Made by a program: the position numbers and the translations under genes. A stretch of DNA of 63,791 nucleotides, filler included, from Asterionella formosa (Eukaryota): assembly GCA_002256025.1 (NCBI GenBank). It is 16 parts of 16 records of this genome, joined end to end, with 100 filler letters (N's around TTAATTAATTAA, not from the genome) between each part and the next. Parts side by side here need not be neighbours in the genome. Positions count along the whole stretch, not along the records: positions 34,068 to 36,100 come from NKIB01000582.1; positions 36,201 to 38,233 come from NKIB01000583.1; positions 38,334 to 40,365 come from NKIB01000585.1; positions 40,466 to 42,497 come from NKIB01000586.1; positions 42,598 to 44,628 come from NKIB01000587.1; positions 44,729 to 46,759 come from NKIB01000588.1; positions 46,860 to 48,890 come from NKIB01000589.1; 9 more parts are not named here. The stretch is one strand, 5' to 3'. This document shows positions 35,565 to 48,890 of this stretch, piece after piece. The notes beneath the pieces are model-generated. The model saw nothing but the letters and a program-made list of their open reading frames with translations. It did not search any database and was not told the DNA's origin. The first letter of the stretch is position 1, and every line of letters starts with the position of its first letter.

Positions 35565-36200
35565 TAGGTGGGGATGTATGATGGCGAAGTCAGCAAATGC
35601 ATATTCCTCTGTTTGATTAATATTTTTTACCAACGAAAATGCGGAATATTGAGTTACTTGTTCAACCATTGAATTGACAAACAGTGTTGAAGTTGAGGTG
35701 AATGCATTGTACTACTATGAAAAGAACAATGTTTCTTGCTTGCCTTGCCTTGCCTCTATTAAAAACCCACCCTGCAGCATTTGCTTTGTCCACCTTTGCA
35801 AAAAGACTCATGACTACCTGCTGCATTGCTAACCTAGAATGAAGGATCATGAACTCTATTAACTTTTTAACTTAGTGTGGGCTTGTTTGGATTCAAACTT
35901 GAAGCTTGGAATATATAAAATCTTGCTATCAGCACCTGGGGGTGGTTACTTGCTGGTACCATGTACTCCTGGTACTCCTTCTGACCATAATCAGGTATTC
36001 TACTGGTATACACTTGTTGTGTTAAAAAGGAGTGCTCCTTACCAGGTACCTGGTACCAGGTACTGTTACCACTGAACTGGTAGACTACCTGGTAGTCTAC
36101 NNNNNNNNNNNNNNNNNNNNNNNNNNNNNNNNNNNNNNNNNNNNTTAATTAATTAANNNNNNNNNNNNNNNNNNNNNNNNNNNNNNNNNNNNNNNNNNNN

Positions 36201-38233
36201 TTGAGACTCTTCCAGACCTTGTAGTTCTAACATTTGGGTCTGAGTCATCCTGAGTGCTTGGATTGACTTCTAACATTGCCTCTTCATTTTCAGTTTCATT
36301 TGCTGGCTCTTCATCCTCATCTTGGATTTCATCTGAATTCATTTCAATATTATTCTCATTGTTGCCCTCGTCAGGTTCAGGGTCATCCTCTTGAGTATTG
36401 TCGTTTAATTCGAGCTGTTCTGCTTCATATATTTCATCCGGAGTCATTTCATCATAGTCTTCTTCTCCGAGAATTTCATCATTGCTTTCGTTGTCACTAG
36501 CATCTTGATCTTCATAATCTTCATCTTGTGCATCTTCAAATGCTTCATTATCATAATCCACTCCTGCAATCCAAGCACTATCATAAAATAGTTGCCCCGT
36601 TCGATTTGCTATCTTGAGACCATCTGGCATATTTTCCTGCACAGCAAGGGCGTGTACTTGATTCATGATTGCTGGGGTAAGTGGTAGAGGAGTAATTGTT
36701 CGTCTAGTGATCAATGAGTTTGTAGGTAGGTGTAACAATTCATGACCTCCTTGCACATTGTCATTGTAGCGTAGAAAAATGCAATCTAGGCTGCGAGGTG
36801 CATTTGTGTTTGAAAACACAGGTTCTTCATGTGCTTGGACATAAGTGCCAAATGTATACTGGCAATGTCGAGCATAGTCCAGGTTTTGTTGATGTAAAAT
36901 CATACGAGGACTGTAATACGGGGATATCCCGTTCTTTTCCGGAAAGAAATTCAGTTTCCTTGCAGATTCTGTGACTAGAATCTTAATCATCAGTCGCGGC
37001 AAATGTTTGAAAGGTAATCGATGATAAGCTGCGCGCACGCGTTCTTTAATCACTCGATTATTTCGCTCCGCTTCGGGAACATGTTCTTGTGGGTTTGCGT
37101 AGTTCATAGTGACTTGAAATTCATTGGAAATTTGTTCCATCAAAGGTCGAAACTCGTTGTCACAGTGGATTGTTGTAATTTTAAATCCTCCGGTATTATA
37201 AACACGGAATACCTGAATCAAAGCATCTCGATAGACTTCAGCTGTCTGATTCTTGACCCATTGCGCTGTCCTATACATAATGTTTCGAGAAATTGTTGTG
37301 AGAAATGATTGTCCATTGACTTTCATTCCATCCATGCAAAGAGTCACTTCACGTTGAGCTTGGATAAGCTCCTTAGGAATCTCGATGTAGTCGTTCACGA
37401 CTGGCAGCGGCTTGCGACGAGTTGTCTTGCCTTTTAGTGTTCCGATGTCAGGTCCAAAAATTTTCTCTGCAATTTTGATATCATCGGTAGTCACTGGATT
37501 ATTGTTGATCGTATTCATACGAATTATTGCCTTGAAATCATTAATTGATGGTGTACCCAAGGCATGAAATAGATCATGAGCTTGCTTAGCTCTCTGAAAT
37601 TGACGTTCAGTGTAAAATGTTTTGTTTTCTTCAAGTGTATTTAACATTTGAGCATTCTCCGCTCTAATTCTTGTAGTTGGCTTGAAAACATATAAGTTCA
37701 TCCCAGAGTCATAGGTAATTCTGTACCTATCTGCCATTTCGGCATAACTGAAGATGTTTGTGATAGCCTTTTCATTAAACCATACTTCTCCCCATTCTGG
37801 AAGATCAGCCTTCATATTAGTTACCATGGATCCACCATTTGTGGCCAGGTGCATGCTTCCGTTGGTTGACATTCGAATGTTATTAACCATTTTTGGATTG
37901 CAAAAGACTGTGACACTTGATTGATTATCCAATAGTATCCAGTCACGCATCTCAGATGCTTGGTAAAATTGTAGTTTCATATGAGCTCCCGTCCATCCAA
38001 ATTGATTGGCATTTGCTTGTTGTGAAGCTTGTGATGACGGCGGGTTGTTGGAATTAACAGAGGTAACTGTACTCGTGTCGGATGTATTAGTAGCCTGTGC
38101 CTGTGCATGGCTTTGGGCCTTGTTGATAGCCCATTCCTCTTTGGGTTTATTCTTGTCTCGGCACGAAGGAGATTTGTGACCTGCTTTTCCGCAGCAGTAA
38201 CATTTTCCTTCTAACTGTGCAAACGATAAGTTC
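36201..38233 (-). mobile_element. Ty1/Copia (CoDi-like) gag-protease-integrase segment
   Basis: One frame open across the whole contig: zinc knuckle CYCCGKAGHKSPSC, protease WILLDNQS, integrase HCDNEF...EHVPEAERNNRVIKER. Confidence 0.92.
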
Positions 38234-38333
38234 NNNNNNNNNNNNNNNNNNNNNNNNNNNNNNNNNNNNNNNNNNNNTTAATTAATTAANNNNNNNNNNN
38301 NNNNNNNNNNNNNNNNNNNNNNNNNNNNNNNNN

Positions 38334-38890
38334 CATGAATTTCTTGAAAGCAACTCAGAATGAGGTTGCATCTATGAGTGCTGATGACACTCAGAGCATT
38401 AAATGGTACGTTGATGCAGCGTTTGAGGTACACAAAGATTTTAAAAGTCACATAGGAGCTACAATGTCACTTGGAAACGGAATTATTTGTTCTATTGTCT
38501 ACGAATCAGAAAGTGAACACTAGAAGTTCGACTGAAGCAGAATTGGTTGGTGTCGATGACATTATATCAAAGGTGTTATGGAAAAAATTATTTATTGAAG
38601 CACAAGGACACAAGGTGACTACAAATGTCATTTACCGTGACAACACTAGCGCAATGAAGCTAGAAACAAATGGAAAAGCAAGTTCAGGAAAACGCACGCG
38701 ACATTTCAACATCAAGTAATTTTACATTACTGATCTTATTGAAAGAAAGGAAGTACAGATTAAGTACTGTCCAACGGATGCAATGTTAGCAGACTACATG
38801 ACAAAACCAATGGTTGGAACGAAATGAATTCATTTTCGTGAGAAAATTATGAATTCAAAGTGAGCATCCGTGTCCAGCAGGAGTGTGTTG
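38334..38890 (+). mobile_element. Ty1/Copia RNase H end (frameshift and stops), with PPT and probable 3' LTR start
   Basis: WYVDAAF..HKDFKSH, RSSTEAELVG, YRDNTSA, KRTRHFNIK, ADYMTKP; then CAGGAGTG followed by TGTTG at 38886. Confidence 0.85.
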
Positions 38891-39547
38891 GAAAAATTAT
38901 TTTGAAGGGGAAGGGGGAAGGGGTTGCATGCATGAGCAACTACTCCGGTATAAACTATGATCTTTAATCAATAAATTTTGATTCGTTTATCCTATACCTT
39001 TGATCATAACATATTTATCATATGATAAACGGTGTCGTTAATGAGAAACTGAAAGATCAAAATTTATTTTCAGGAATCAGGATTAATTGATCTTAGAAAT
39101 ATGATCAAATGATCCTAAACACATGAGCATATTCAGTTTTCTGCTGCACTATTGTGGTATTCCCATGATAGAAGTAATACCCAGCAAGTATACAGTACTA
39201 CCGGTAGGCCATATGAATTTTGGTCAATATGTCTATTTATATAAATGTATGATTTCGACCATTTGAAAAATTGGTGATGACTCCCGTTTATTAAGGGGCG
39301 TAATTAAATCAGCCACTGACTTGTAGGTACAAGAAATAACACAACACAAATTGAAAAAATTCAACAGGTTGTGGAAAACTATGAACGCATCACGCATAGT
39401 ATATATTTGAATTATGTATAATCAAAATTGATATAAGTATACACAGGATGTGCCGAATAATGAGCGTGTTTAAAACTATGCAAATGTTTAATTCTTACAA
39501 ATCTTCATTAATATGTCTTCATGGCTGAAACATTTGAAATCATGTTT

Positions 39548-39880
39548 TCATGTTCCTTGTCATGCCTTCACTTTGTTCCTGAATTGAAGGATCATCACAC
39601 ATGATGACCCGGAAAACGAAAGTGATAATACAGCACAATGATACTTGCGGCTTAGAAGAGAAGGGCGGAATCAATTGATAGTAAGTCAAGAGCAAATGCC
39701 TTTCATGTTCCTTGTCATGCACACACTTCCTGAAATGAAGGATCTCAAGCAGCACATGATGCGAAAAACTGATGTGACAATACAACACAATGATACAGCA
39801 TGCGGCTAAGAAGGAGTGAATATGATGGAGAAGGGCGGAATCAACAAGCTGTGCATAGTATCATGGCATGTCAAGAGCAA
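39548..39880. repeat. Diverged tandem duplication, about 155-nt unit
   Basis: ttcatgttccttgtcatgc, cacaatgatac, agaagggcggaatcaa and gtcaagagcaa each occur twice in the same order. Confidence 0.8.
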
Positions 39881-40468
39881 TTGCCAGGATGATCAATTGT
39901 TGGGATTACAAATACAGAATGACTCGTCCCCTTTCAGTGATTCAATAGCTCCTTTTCGATTTGGTGGCTGGCCAACCATCAATGTGGACAAATGAAATCG
40001 GTAAGTGCTATCATCTTTGGATCAATCAACAACTCTTAAAGAAACTGACACATATGTGTTGCTTCTTTCAGGATAATGGTAGACAAACAGTATTTGAAAA
40101 TTACAAACAGCACTGATGGAACCCATTTATTGATCGATACTTGATCGATACTTTCTCATTCAATCTTCAACTGACACGCACATTCTTTTACAGAAATATG
40201 CATCAGTTACTTCCTCAATTTGTGGTAAGTGAAGGCAGATAGAAGCGAAATGCATGTTGTTGTGTAAGCAAAACATGAACAGCTAACAATGAATTGCTTC
40301 TCTTTGTTAGTATGGCTGATTGGAACAACGAAACAGATTCAATAGTAATAGGAAAATGCGTGAATNNNNNNNNNNNNNNNNNNNNNNNNNNNNNNNNNNN
40401 NNNNNNNNNTTAATTAATTAANNNNNNNNNNNNNNNNNNNNNNNNNNNNNNNNNNNNNNNNNNNNTCT

Positions 40469-40635
40469 TGTTGAGGGGAACCTTATCGTGAATAAAGGTG
40501 AACTACAATATTATGACTATTCTATTGCTGTTTTGAGTACATCGTTGTTAGCACTCATGTATGTACCTAATCTGGTGGCTGCGCCGGTATGGTTTGTACG
40601 GCGCATGTATGGAGCATCATATGCAGATATTAACA
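40469..40635 (-). mobile_element. 3' LTR (167 bp) of a Copia element
   Basis: Minus strand TGTTAA...TCAACA, preceded by purine-rich GGTGAGGGTG; second copy at 61537. Confidence 0.85.
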
Positions 40636-42497
40636 CACCCTCACCAGCAGATTCAGGCAGAAGAACAGGAGCGGGGGTGGAGATGATATCAGCATCGGAA
40701 GCCAAGCATGCATAATAGTTAGGAGGACTGGGGAGGGATGGAGGGCAATGGAGATAGTGCGGGCGCATCAACATATGATGGGAAGCGGGATGATGTTTAG
40801 TGAAATAATCAGCACGATTCAAACTACCTTTTTTCCAGTATACAAGAAATTGGCCTTGGCGAACCCAATCGTGTACCCAGTAAAAACGCATATCCATAGC
40901 TTTGGAACGTTTTCGTCGGACGGTATCATTGGCAATGCCACTGGCAGTGCTATTATCGGTGACAATACGGGTAGAAGGTTGGGGATGACCAAGCTCAACA
41001 AGAATGTGCGAATAGCATATGCCTCTTTGCCATTGTGGAACAAAGCAGCTAATTTGGCCTCAGCAGCACTTGATAAAACATCCTTAAGAATTTGACAGTG
41101 TACGTAAATAGCACCGTTAGCCTAAGAGGAGGGATGGACGTAGTGAGGCTAGGCGGAGACAAGGGTTTACAGCTGAGAAAGTGAATGCCGGCAGCACGGG
41201 AGCGACCACGTGTTTCAGAGAGATAGGAAGCATTGCTTTCAACATGGAGGACCATGTAACTGGCAGTAAAGCGAAGTGTGGCCTCAGGATGAGTGGCACA
41301 ATGATTGAGAAGGTGAGTAATAGCAGTCAAGGTAGCCACAGTGGGGGTTGCTTGTTGTGTAGCCAATGTACCAAGGGCTGGCAACATAGTACAGTCAATA
41401 GCACGGGCATAATACAATAAAGTACCAAGAATCTCTTGCACACGTGTTTTATCATGGAGGTCAAGGACAGGTGTGACATCAGAAACAACAAATTGCTGGC
41501 AAGCGCCATAACTAGGTGCAGTCCAGGCATGGGGGGCATGTTGTGGGTGTGTTGGGGTGGTGTGCGTGAATCGTTGTAGAGCACGAACAATGTAACCAGG
41601 CATAGTGAGGTCAACTGTGCAATGTTCGTAGTCCCACGTCAGTGTAAGGCCAATGTAACGAGAGCCAGTCCAATCACTTGTGAGTCGGTATTTGGTACGT
41701 AAAGTGGTGAGGAGACGGTCCACGTCACTACGTTTGGTGTAACGTACACCAAAATCATCAACAACAAGCGTAAACATGAGATCACTGGTGGTATCCATCC
41801 ATAGGCCAGGGGTGACTGGGCAGGGGAGGTAATGATGCGGGAGCAAGAACTGAGCAAGTTGATCATTGGCAAGTTTACCAGCCTGAGGCAGCCCATACAT
41901 GCCACGACGGATTTCGGCATAGATGTGCCCATCAATGATTTTGGGAGCTAGGTTGTAGAGGGTTTGAATGTGTGGGGGGATCATCCATATAGGGATGCGC
42001 ACGTATTCATAGTCGGCAGGTGCAAGATGACTTTCCAGATAAAAATCAGATAAATCCAGAGTCATGAAGCGGCCATTGGGGGTACTGATGGTGCTGTTGA
42101 ACAAACATTTTGCAGTAGTGAGATCAGCAGTCTTGGTGCTGACATTTCCAGTGTAAATGACGCGATCCCCCCCAGCGGTCCAACGAACTCGTTGGGGAAT
42201 GGTTTTTTCAGGGCGATCGGCACACACAATGCGGATGTAAGTGGCGCGTTTGTGTGAGGGCATTTCATGCTTATGAATGAAAAAACAGCAATTAGTACCC
42301 GTGGGCATGTCAGAATGGGGTCCCAAGCCCTGAAATAACCGGCCAATTTATAAGCCATTGGCCTTGGCCAACAGGGGAGCAGTGCTGCAAGTCAATAATT
42401 CTCGATATCCAGCAATTTTGCCATTGTCAGGGTTGATAGCGGTGCCATGGAAACAAAAATTAGTGGCCAGGGGAGTAGCACTGGTTTGAGGAGGGGC
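40636..42497 (-). mobile_element. Ty1/Copia reverse transcriptase-RNase H, frameshifted
   Basis: RVRWTAGGD, GMYGLPQAG, LVVDDFGV, LLYYARAID, MDMRFYW, ADYFTKHH. Confidence 0.93.
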
Positions 42498-42823
42498 NNN
42501 NNNNNNNNNNNNNNNNNNNNNNNNNNNNNNNNNNNNNNNNNTTAATTAATTAANNNNNNNNNNNNNNNNNNNNNNNNNNNNNNNNNNNNNNNNNNNNAGT
42601 ACGGAGTTTCCCGTACCTCCCTGGTACCTGATGGTATACCGTATTCTCCAAACAAACATATACTGGATTAATACAAAGCACCGTCGAAAAAACTCAAGAG
42701 GTCATCATGGTGGAAGGAAATGCTTTGCTTCGCTCTCCGTATTTTGTGGTATTTTCGTCAGACGGAGGTCATGGTGCCCTCGAAGCTTGACTGAAGCTTC
42801 GACCTTTCCTGAATCAACAGCAA

Positions 42824-43833
42824 ATGATTGCCTCCGAGCGCAAGCTCTGGGTACCGAAAGCAGCACACCACACTTTTGACCAATATCTTCTGTCGACAGC
42901 TGATAAGGAGAATGAAATCAAGGCATTGTTTGCCAAGTTCTCGGAAAAAGCTCCGCAGAAATCTTTATGGTGCCTATGTTGTAACTCCCTGGTGGTTGGC
43001 CAAGAATTCGTACTCTCTTGTTTGCTTCTAGCTGGCCATCGAGTTGGAATGCTCGTAGAAAACGAGCACGAACAGTGGAGACAAGTTGCCTCCATTTTGG
43101 CAGTCTCTGTCTCTCTCATTATCATTCTTCGATGTAGCGAGACCAGCAATCCGTCACAGAAAATTATGAAGATGAGGGGCACAGATGCTATCCTTCTTGC
43201 TGGAATCCTACGACTGCTATCTGCGGTTCTCAAAACGTTAACAGCATCGTATTCATCTGATACAGTCCATGCGTTGGCTGCTGTTGGTATGGTTGTACAT
43301 TTACTATTTTGTGACTACACATATGCCAATGGGATATCTGTTTCAAATCACACAACTCAAGGAATCGACTGCGGTCGAAAGCCCTTTATGGGAGGGACCT
43401 TCTCCCTCAACGCAGCTCTATTTTCGACAACTTTGCTGGCGTCGAGACTGTCGTCGAATTCAATTGTCTATGTCTTTGTGTCGTCGTCTGTTTTGCTTTT
43501 TGCCTTTTATCCCGCTGCTCGTCATGCCATATCCAACCAAACTTACGCTCCATACAGTAAGTGTACATGTGCCAAGTGCTAGTTGCCTACCCTGCCGATT
43601 CTCACCTGAGATCAGTTTCTTTTTCTATTTCGACTGTTCTGTCTCTTACACTGTGGGTGCTCCTTCGTGACATGCGTGAGAAGATCTTCGTCACAGGCAT
43701 AACTTTGACAATCTGTGTGCTTGCTCCAGTATGGAAGCACCATATACAGTCTAAAAAGGTCATCATAAGTGGACCTTGGGATATAGTTCAAATCATTTCT
43801 GTTGACAACAACCCAACTCAAACCGACCAGTAA
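42824..43833 (+). CDS. PIGC: GPI-GlcNAc transferase subunit PIG-C/GPI2; intron 43557-43615
   Basis: LSAVLKTLTASYSSDTVHALA, SLNAALFSTTLLASRL and C-terminal K..ISGPWD after an in-frame splice; multiple TM segments. Confidence 0.85.
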
Positions 43834-45023
43834 TTTAAGCCAAAATAACACTAATTGGTCAATTGATCTATGCTTTTATGATTCATTCATTAATCTTCCT
43901 CGTTCATTACACTGTTGTAAGGGGCCTATGATTGCCTGGGACATGTTGGCTGTTCCAACACATTGTTATTGTCACTTTTCCCACCTGACAATGATTTCTG
44001 CCAGTTTGTAGAGGGCACAGCGCTCCGATTCTTTTCCTTGAGATGTCTTTCAATCTTGAGAGCAAACTCAACAACTTCATTTTACTTTCCATTGGGCGGA
44101 TTCAAAGGATTGATGGTTACACGCATATTATGATGGAGAATCATTTCTATTCGGATTCTAGGTCACATTGTCGAAAAAGGATTTCCTACTGGGCAAATCA
44201 CGGCGTCTTTACTTGTTGTCTTTTTATGAAAATCTCTGGTAATCTCTTGCACTTGGCGACTTTCAGTGAAACGCAGTGTTTAGACTTGTGAGATTCCCAG
44301 TAGACACAAAATGATTGTGAGCTGTCTTTAAAATGTAAGAGATGTGAAAATTATGGGAAAAAGTCTTGAGAAAGGCTTCACCTGGTGATATACCCCGTGT
44401 ATTTTCGTGTATGTAGACAAGATTGTTTTTGTCAAAATGATAGAGTGTTTGTCCCGTTAACTCTGGTAGTTGAGGTCGCCACCGCAGTCGCAAGAGAAAT
44501 TGCATTTTCCATTCTGCCGCCAAAAGCTGGTCATGAACAATGTAAGAAGAGAGAAGTTCAGCATGAGACTGCTCATAAAGATTTTTGAAGCAGCTTTTAA
44601 ACATTTCCGCCATCCTCTGACAGGCATGNNNNNNNNNNNNNNNNNNNNNNNNNNNNNNNNNNNNNNNNNNNNTTAATTAATTAANNNNNNNNNNNNNNNN
44701 NNNNNNNNNNNNNNNNNNNNNNNNNNNNAGGGTCGTTCTTATCATTTTTTTTCGTGTATCACGGAATTTGAATTTTTTTGAAAATGTATCAGCAACGGTA
44801 ACTCGATTTGAACTGAATTTCATTCATTCCAAAAGTGTCACTGTATCACTAATTTGTGATCACATTGTATCATGGAGTAAAATGAATCTTCAACGGCAAC
44901 AGGCTGGCGAAGATCATGTGTATATCCCTCCAGAATATAATGATGGTCTTGATATCAAGCAACAACAAAATATAATTACCGGGAAACTAAATATAATATT
45001 AAAAACACACATTTGCATGAATC

Positions 45024-46298
45024 ATGTCGTCGCCATTTGATTTACTTGATGATAATGACGATGACAGTAGTGATCTTGATTTCTTCTTCCTCTGTCATTT
45101 AACTAAGGAAGCAGAGGAAAAAGAACACTCATCCAAACGACAAAGGCGACGCTGTAAACGGCAGCTTCAGTCATCTGAACGACGACGACAACGAAGGCAC
45201 AAGTGGCACCACGAAAGAATCTCCTGGCAATCACATGTCGAGAAACTCAATCACGAGATTGCTTTCGAGAAGACATACAGAATGTCACACAGAGCATTCA
45301 AAAAACTCACCTCCATGCTGGAAATTCAGATTGCAGGGAATTATTCCAAATGTGGCACTTCTGAGCCCATAATTCCCGAAATTGTGGTAGCCATTGGTTT
45401 GCGATGGCTGGCTGGTGGCAGTTACATCGACATTCGTCATGCCTACGGTTGTAGCATTGCTTCACTTTATCGATGTCGTGATTTGTTCATTGATGCTGTA
45501 CTAAACTGTGAAGAACTCGAAATTATTTTTCCAAAAGAAAAAGAAGAATTTATCAAATTGGCTTCCAGCTTTGAATGCAAAAGCTCAGAGGGCGTGATGA
45601 GAGGATGTGTTGGTGCTATTGACGGCTTCCTTGCCACCATCAACCGCCCGACTATAGTTGAAAGTGGCAACAACCCTGGTTCATTTTTTTCCGGTCACTA
45701 CATGACTTATGGAATCAATGTCCAGGCTGTTTGTGATGCTGACTCAAGATTTATTTATTTTGGTGTAATTGCACCGGGAAAATGCAGTGACCAAGTAGCT
45801 TTTGAAAAAACTTCCATTTTCGATCAAGTTGCAGCATTCAACACAGGTTTTTATCTGGTCGGCGATGCAGCTTACACATTGTCTGATGTAATGCTTGTTC
45901 CCTTTGTTGGCTCACAACGTGATGATCCAACACAGGATACATTTAACTTTTTCCTTTCACAGCTAAGGATAAGAATAGAAATGGCATTTGGTCTTCTTCA
46001 GACAAAATGGTGTGTTCTGAAAAAAAACCTATCGACAAGCTTGGAAACATCTGCACGCATTCTTGATTCATGTGCTCGACTTCATAACTATGTGATTAAT
46101 GAGAAGATAATTGATAACGAGATTATGGATGATAATCAAATACTTACAGAGATAATTCCAGTCAGTTTGTCACCCCTTGGTTGGGGCTACTTGCCAACTG
46201 TGGAACCATTGTGTATATTGCCTGGAAGCTCTGTGATGCGAGATGTGATTCTTACCAGATTGCAAACCTTGGGCGTGCAACGCACATCCTCCTGTTAA
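45024..46298 (+). mobile_element. PIF/Harbinger DDE transposase (HARBI1-like), intact ORF
   Basis: YRMS..AF..L, LRWLAGGSY, catalytic GAIDG, GDAAY and RIRIEMAFGLL, plus CARLHN. Confidence 0.93.
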
Positions 46299-46374
46299 TA
46301 TAGAGAGGAGAAGGAAAGAATTACACGAAATAAATTTAATGTAGACAAATATATATTTTATTCATTAGTTGGAT

Positions 46375-46759
46375 TTAATCTGATGTTTCACCTTCTGAAA
46401 GCAGAAGAACATAGTGATCCCGCTTTCTCTTGCATATCTTAATTTCTAGTCGAGCCTGAACTACATCAGAATTATTGAAGTCATACCCATGATTCTCCAA
46501 CTCTTCCAAATCCTTCCGAGCATTCTTGAGATGACTTTTATAGAGATCCAGAACATCTAGGATCTCGCGTCTTGGTGCTGCTGAAGACTGAACCAGCACT
46601 TGAAGTTTTACTGCATTTACTCATTCAAAACACTCTAATGCATTTGCCATTTGTACCATAGAAGAGGAATGATGGGAGAAATTGGATGAGGTAGATGAAC
46701 ATTTTCCTTTCTTTGAGCCAACAGTCTTTGATGATAAGGATGAAGATTTGGCACTATCA
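46375..46759 (-). mobile_element. 3' part of a probable Harbinger accessory gene converging on the transposase
   Basis: Open minus-strand frame ending 77 nt from the transposase stop. A two-gene layout is typical of Harbingers. Confidence 0.45.
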
Positions 46760-46859
46760 NNNNNNNNNNNNNNNNNNNNNNNNNNNNNNNNNNNNNNNNN
46801 NNNTTAATTAATTAANNNNNNNNNNNNNNNNNNNNNNNNNNNNNNNNNNNNNNNNNNNN

Positions 46860-47022
46860 TTGTCAGCTACTCATCCTCTGGTTCTTTTTCTATATTGTAC
46901 TTGCTAGAGTTATCGCTGTAGACTATTTGTAGCTGCTCCGAAAATGAGAAGGCCATTGTGGCACATCTCAATTTCGATTCACTACGGAGACATGCAATGC
47001 TCAACGATGCTCAACAAGTACC
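46860..47022 (-). repeat. Dispersed ~160-nt repeat, inverted copy of 55379-55540
   Basis: gtagctgctccgaaa and gaaggccattgtggcac are reverse complements of segments at 55437-55472. Confidence 0.85.
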
Positions 47023-47411
47023 AACGGTGCTTTATTTCCAATCTGGCAGGCTATTGTAATCTCTACAATCAACAATGACTTAATTATGTGTCTACAACAT
47101 CAACTACTACTACGTGTGCTGAATTCTACAGTGTGAATCTTCCTCTTGCATGTGTTATTCTTTGCCAGTTCAGATCAAAGAAATATGTCGGAGCGGAAAA
47201 AATAATAAGTGAATCGGAATTGGCGACTCTTTCGTTCATTATATGGTGAAAGCAGCATAATATTGCGGCAGAGCAGCATAATTTCGCTTTTAAACTGTTG
47301 CGATGGCTAGTTGGTCAACATATATTGTCACGAACACACATAATTATTGGTGTGATCACATAATTATTCGATAAGTGAAATAAATTTTTGTTTAACCCGA
47401 ATAAATTAGGG

Positions 47412-47488
47412 AAAAAGTAGCATAATATTTCAAAAAAGTAACATAATATTTTAGAAAAGTAACATAATATTTTAAAAAAGTAGCATAA
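47412..47488. repeat. 21-bp tandem repeat, about 3.7 copies
   Basis: Units aaaaagta(g/a)cataatattt(c/t)a start at 47412, 47433, 47454 and 47475. Confidence 0.9.
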
Positions 47489-47732
47489 ATACGTCACTTT
47501 ACACATAAATTCGAAAAAGTGCCGTAAACGGCGTCTTAGATGTATCAAACGGTTTCGAATAAGAGGAGTTGGAACAAAGAGATGTGACAAGAACTGACCT
47601 GACACTTCTGTCCGACTTGGTCGATGGATGTCTCCCACCTATTTATGACTTCCTGCGCAACACAACAAAACTTGCCACAACGACGAATCAAACGGGTTTC
47701 GAATATGGAGAGGTTCACGAATTACACTGCTT

Positions 47733-48890
47733 ATGCTACATCTGTTGGGCAGACCTATAGCTGACTCTGAACCCCTACAACTTGAAGATCTACTCGCGTT
47801 CGAAAAAATGACAGCAGAAGGCTCCCCAGAAGAATCCAAGATAATCTTAGGATGGGAGGTGAACACATGCACTCTTCGACTACGCCTCCCCCACGATAAA
47901 CTCACGTCCTGGAATGCAGAAATTGACCGCATACTACAGTTGCCCACGGTTGATTGTGAAGTATTAGCGACCACGATCGGTCGACTGAACCATGCCTCGT
48001 ATGTGATCCCAACCGCTCGTGCCTTTCTATGCCATCTCCGACGTGCCGAACGGCGAGCAAGGGTCAGCAGAAAAAGAATTCCATTATCGGAATTGCAAAA
48101 GGAAGAATTGCGGCAATGGCTCACCTTCTTACGTACCGCAAGCCAAGGAATCAGCCTAAACAGACTAACACTACGTGTTCCCACCATTCTCCTGTGTGCC
48201 GACGCCTGCCAACACGGAATCGGAGGGTTCTCGCTCACATCGGGCCGAGCCTGGCGATTCGAAATTCCAACAGAATGTCGGGGACATCTGTCGTTGAACC
48301 TACTGGAGTACCTTGCATCAATCACCACCATCGCAACTGAAGCCGCAGTTGGTAACATCAGACCCGACGACTGCATTCTCTCCCAACTGGACAGCTCGAC
48401 GGCGGATTATTGGCTTCATCGCGGTGGCGCACGGTTTCAAGGTCTAGAAAAATCGACCCATTTAGCAATCTCTCGCTGGCTCGCCGCAATCCTCGAGCAA
48501 ACCCAGGCGTGTAGCTACAGCCAATGGATCCCAGGAGATGACAACGTGATAGCCGATGCCCTCTCTCGTGACCATCATCTATCAAATGCACAACTAACAC
48601 ACCTCATCCATCACTCGGCCACCCACCAGATGCCCCCGAATTTCTCCATCTCGCCGCTCCCCACCGACATCGCCTCCAAGCTTACCTTATGGATGCAGAT
48701 CGGGCGCGCTCCCAAGGACTTCAAGCTAACACCACAGCGAAGCTCAATCGCGTCTTCCGAATCTGGACCGAATTCCTTGCGTCCATTGGATTTTGTGATG
48801 TCACCGATCCATTCCTCGCCAACCTCTCCCCAGAACAACGCATTCGACTCATCGGAGCGTTCGCGCATGCCGTCCGGCAGGCCGAGTTCA
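47733..48890 (+). mobile_element. Tyrosine-recombinase retrotransposon (DIRS/Ngaro-like): RT C-terminus and RNase H, with an overlapping downstream ORF
   Basis: ILGWEVNT..LRLRLPHDK, IGRLNHA, DACQHGIGG, LNLLEYLA and WIPGDDNVIADALSR. A second frame opens from 48689. Confidence 0.8.

Noticed and set aside
36201..38890. One rearranged Copia with inverted RNase H
   Set aside because: The two parts lie on separate, arbitrarily joined contigs.
43907..44628. Minus-strand gene converging on PIG-C
   Set aside because: Fragmentary ORFs; no convincing splice model or motif.
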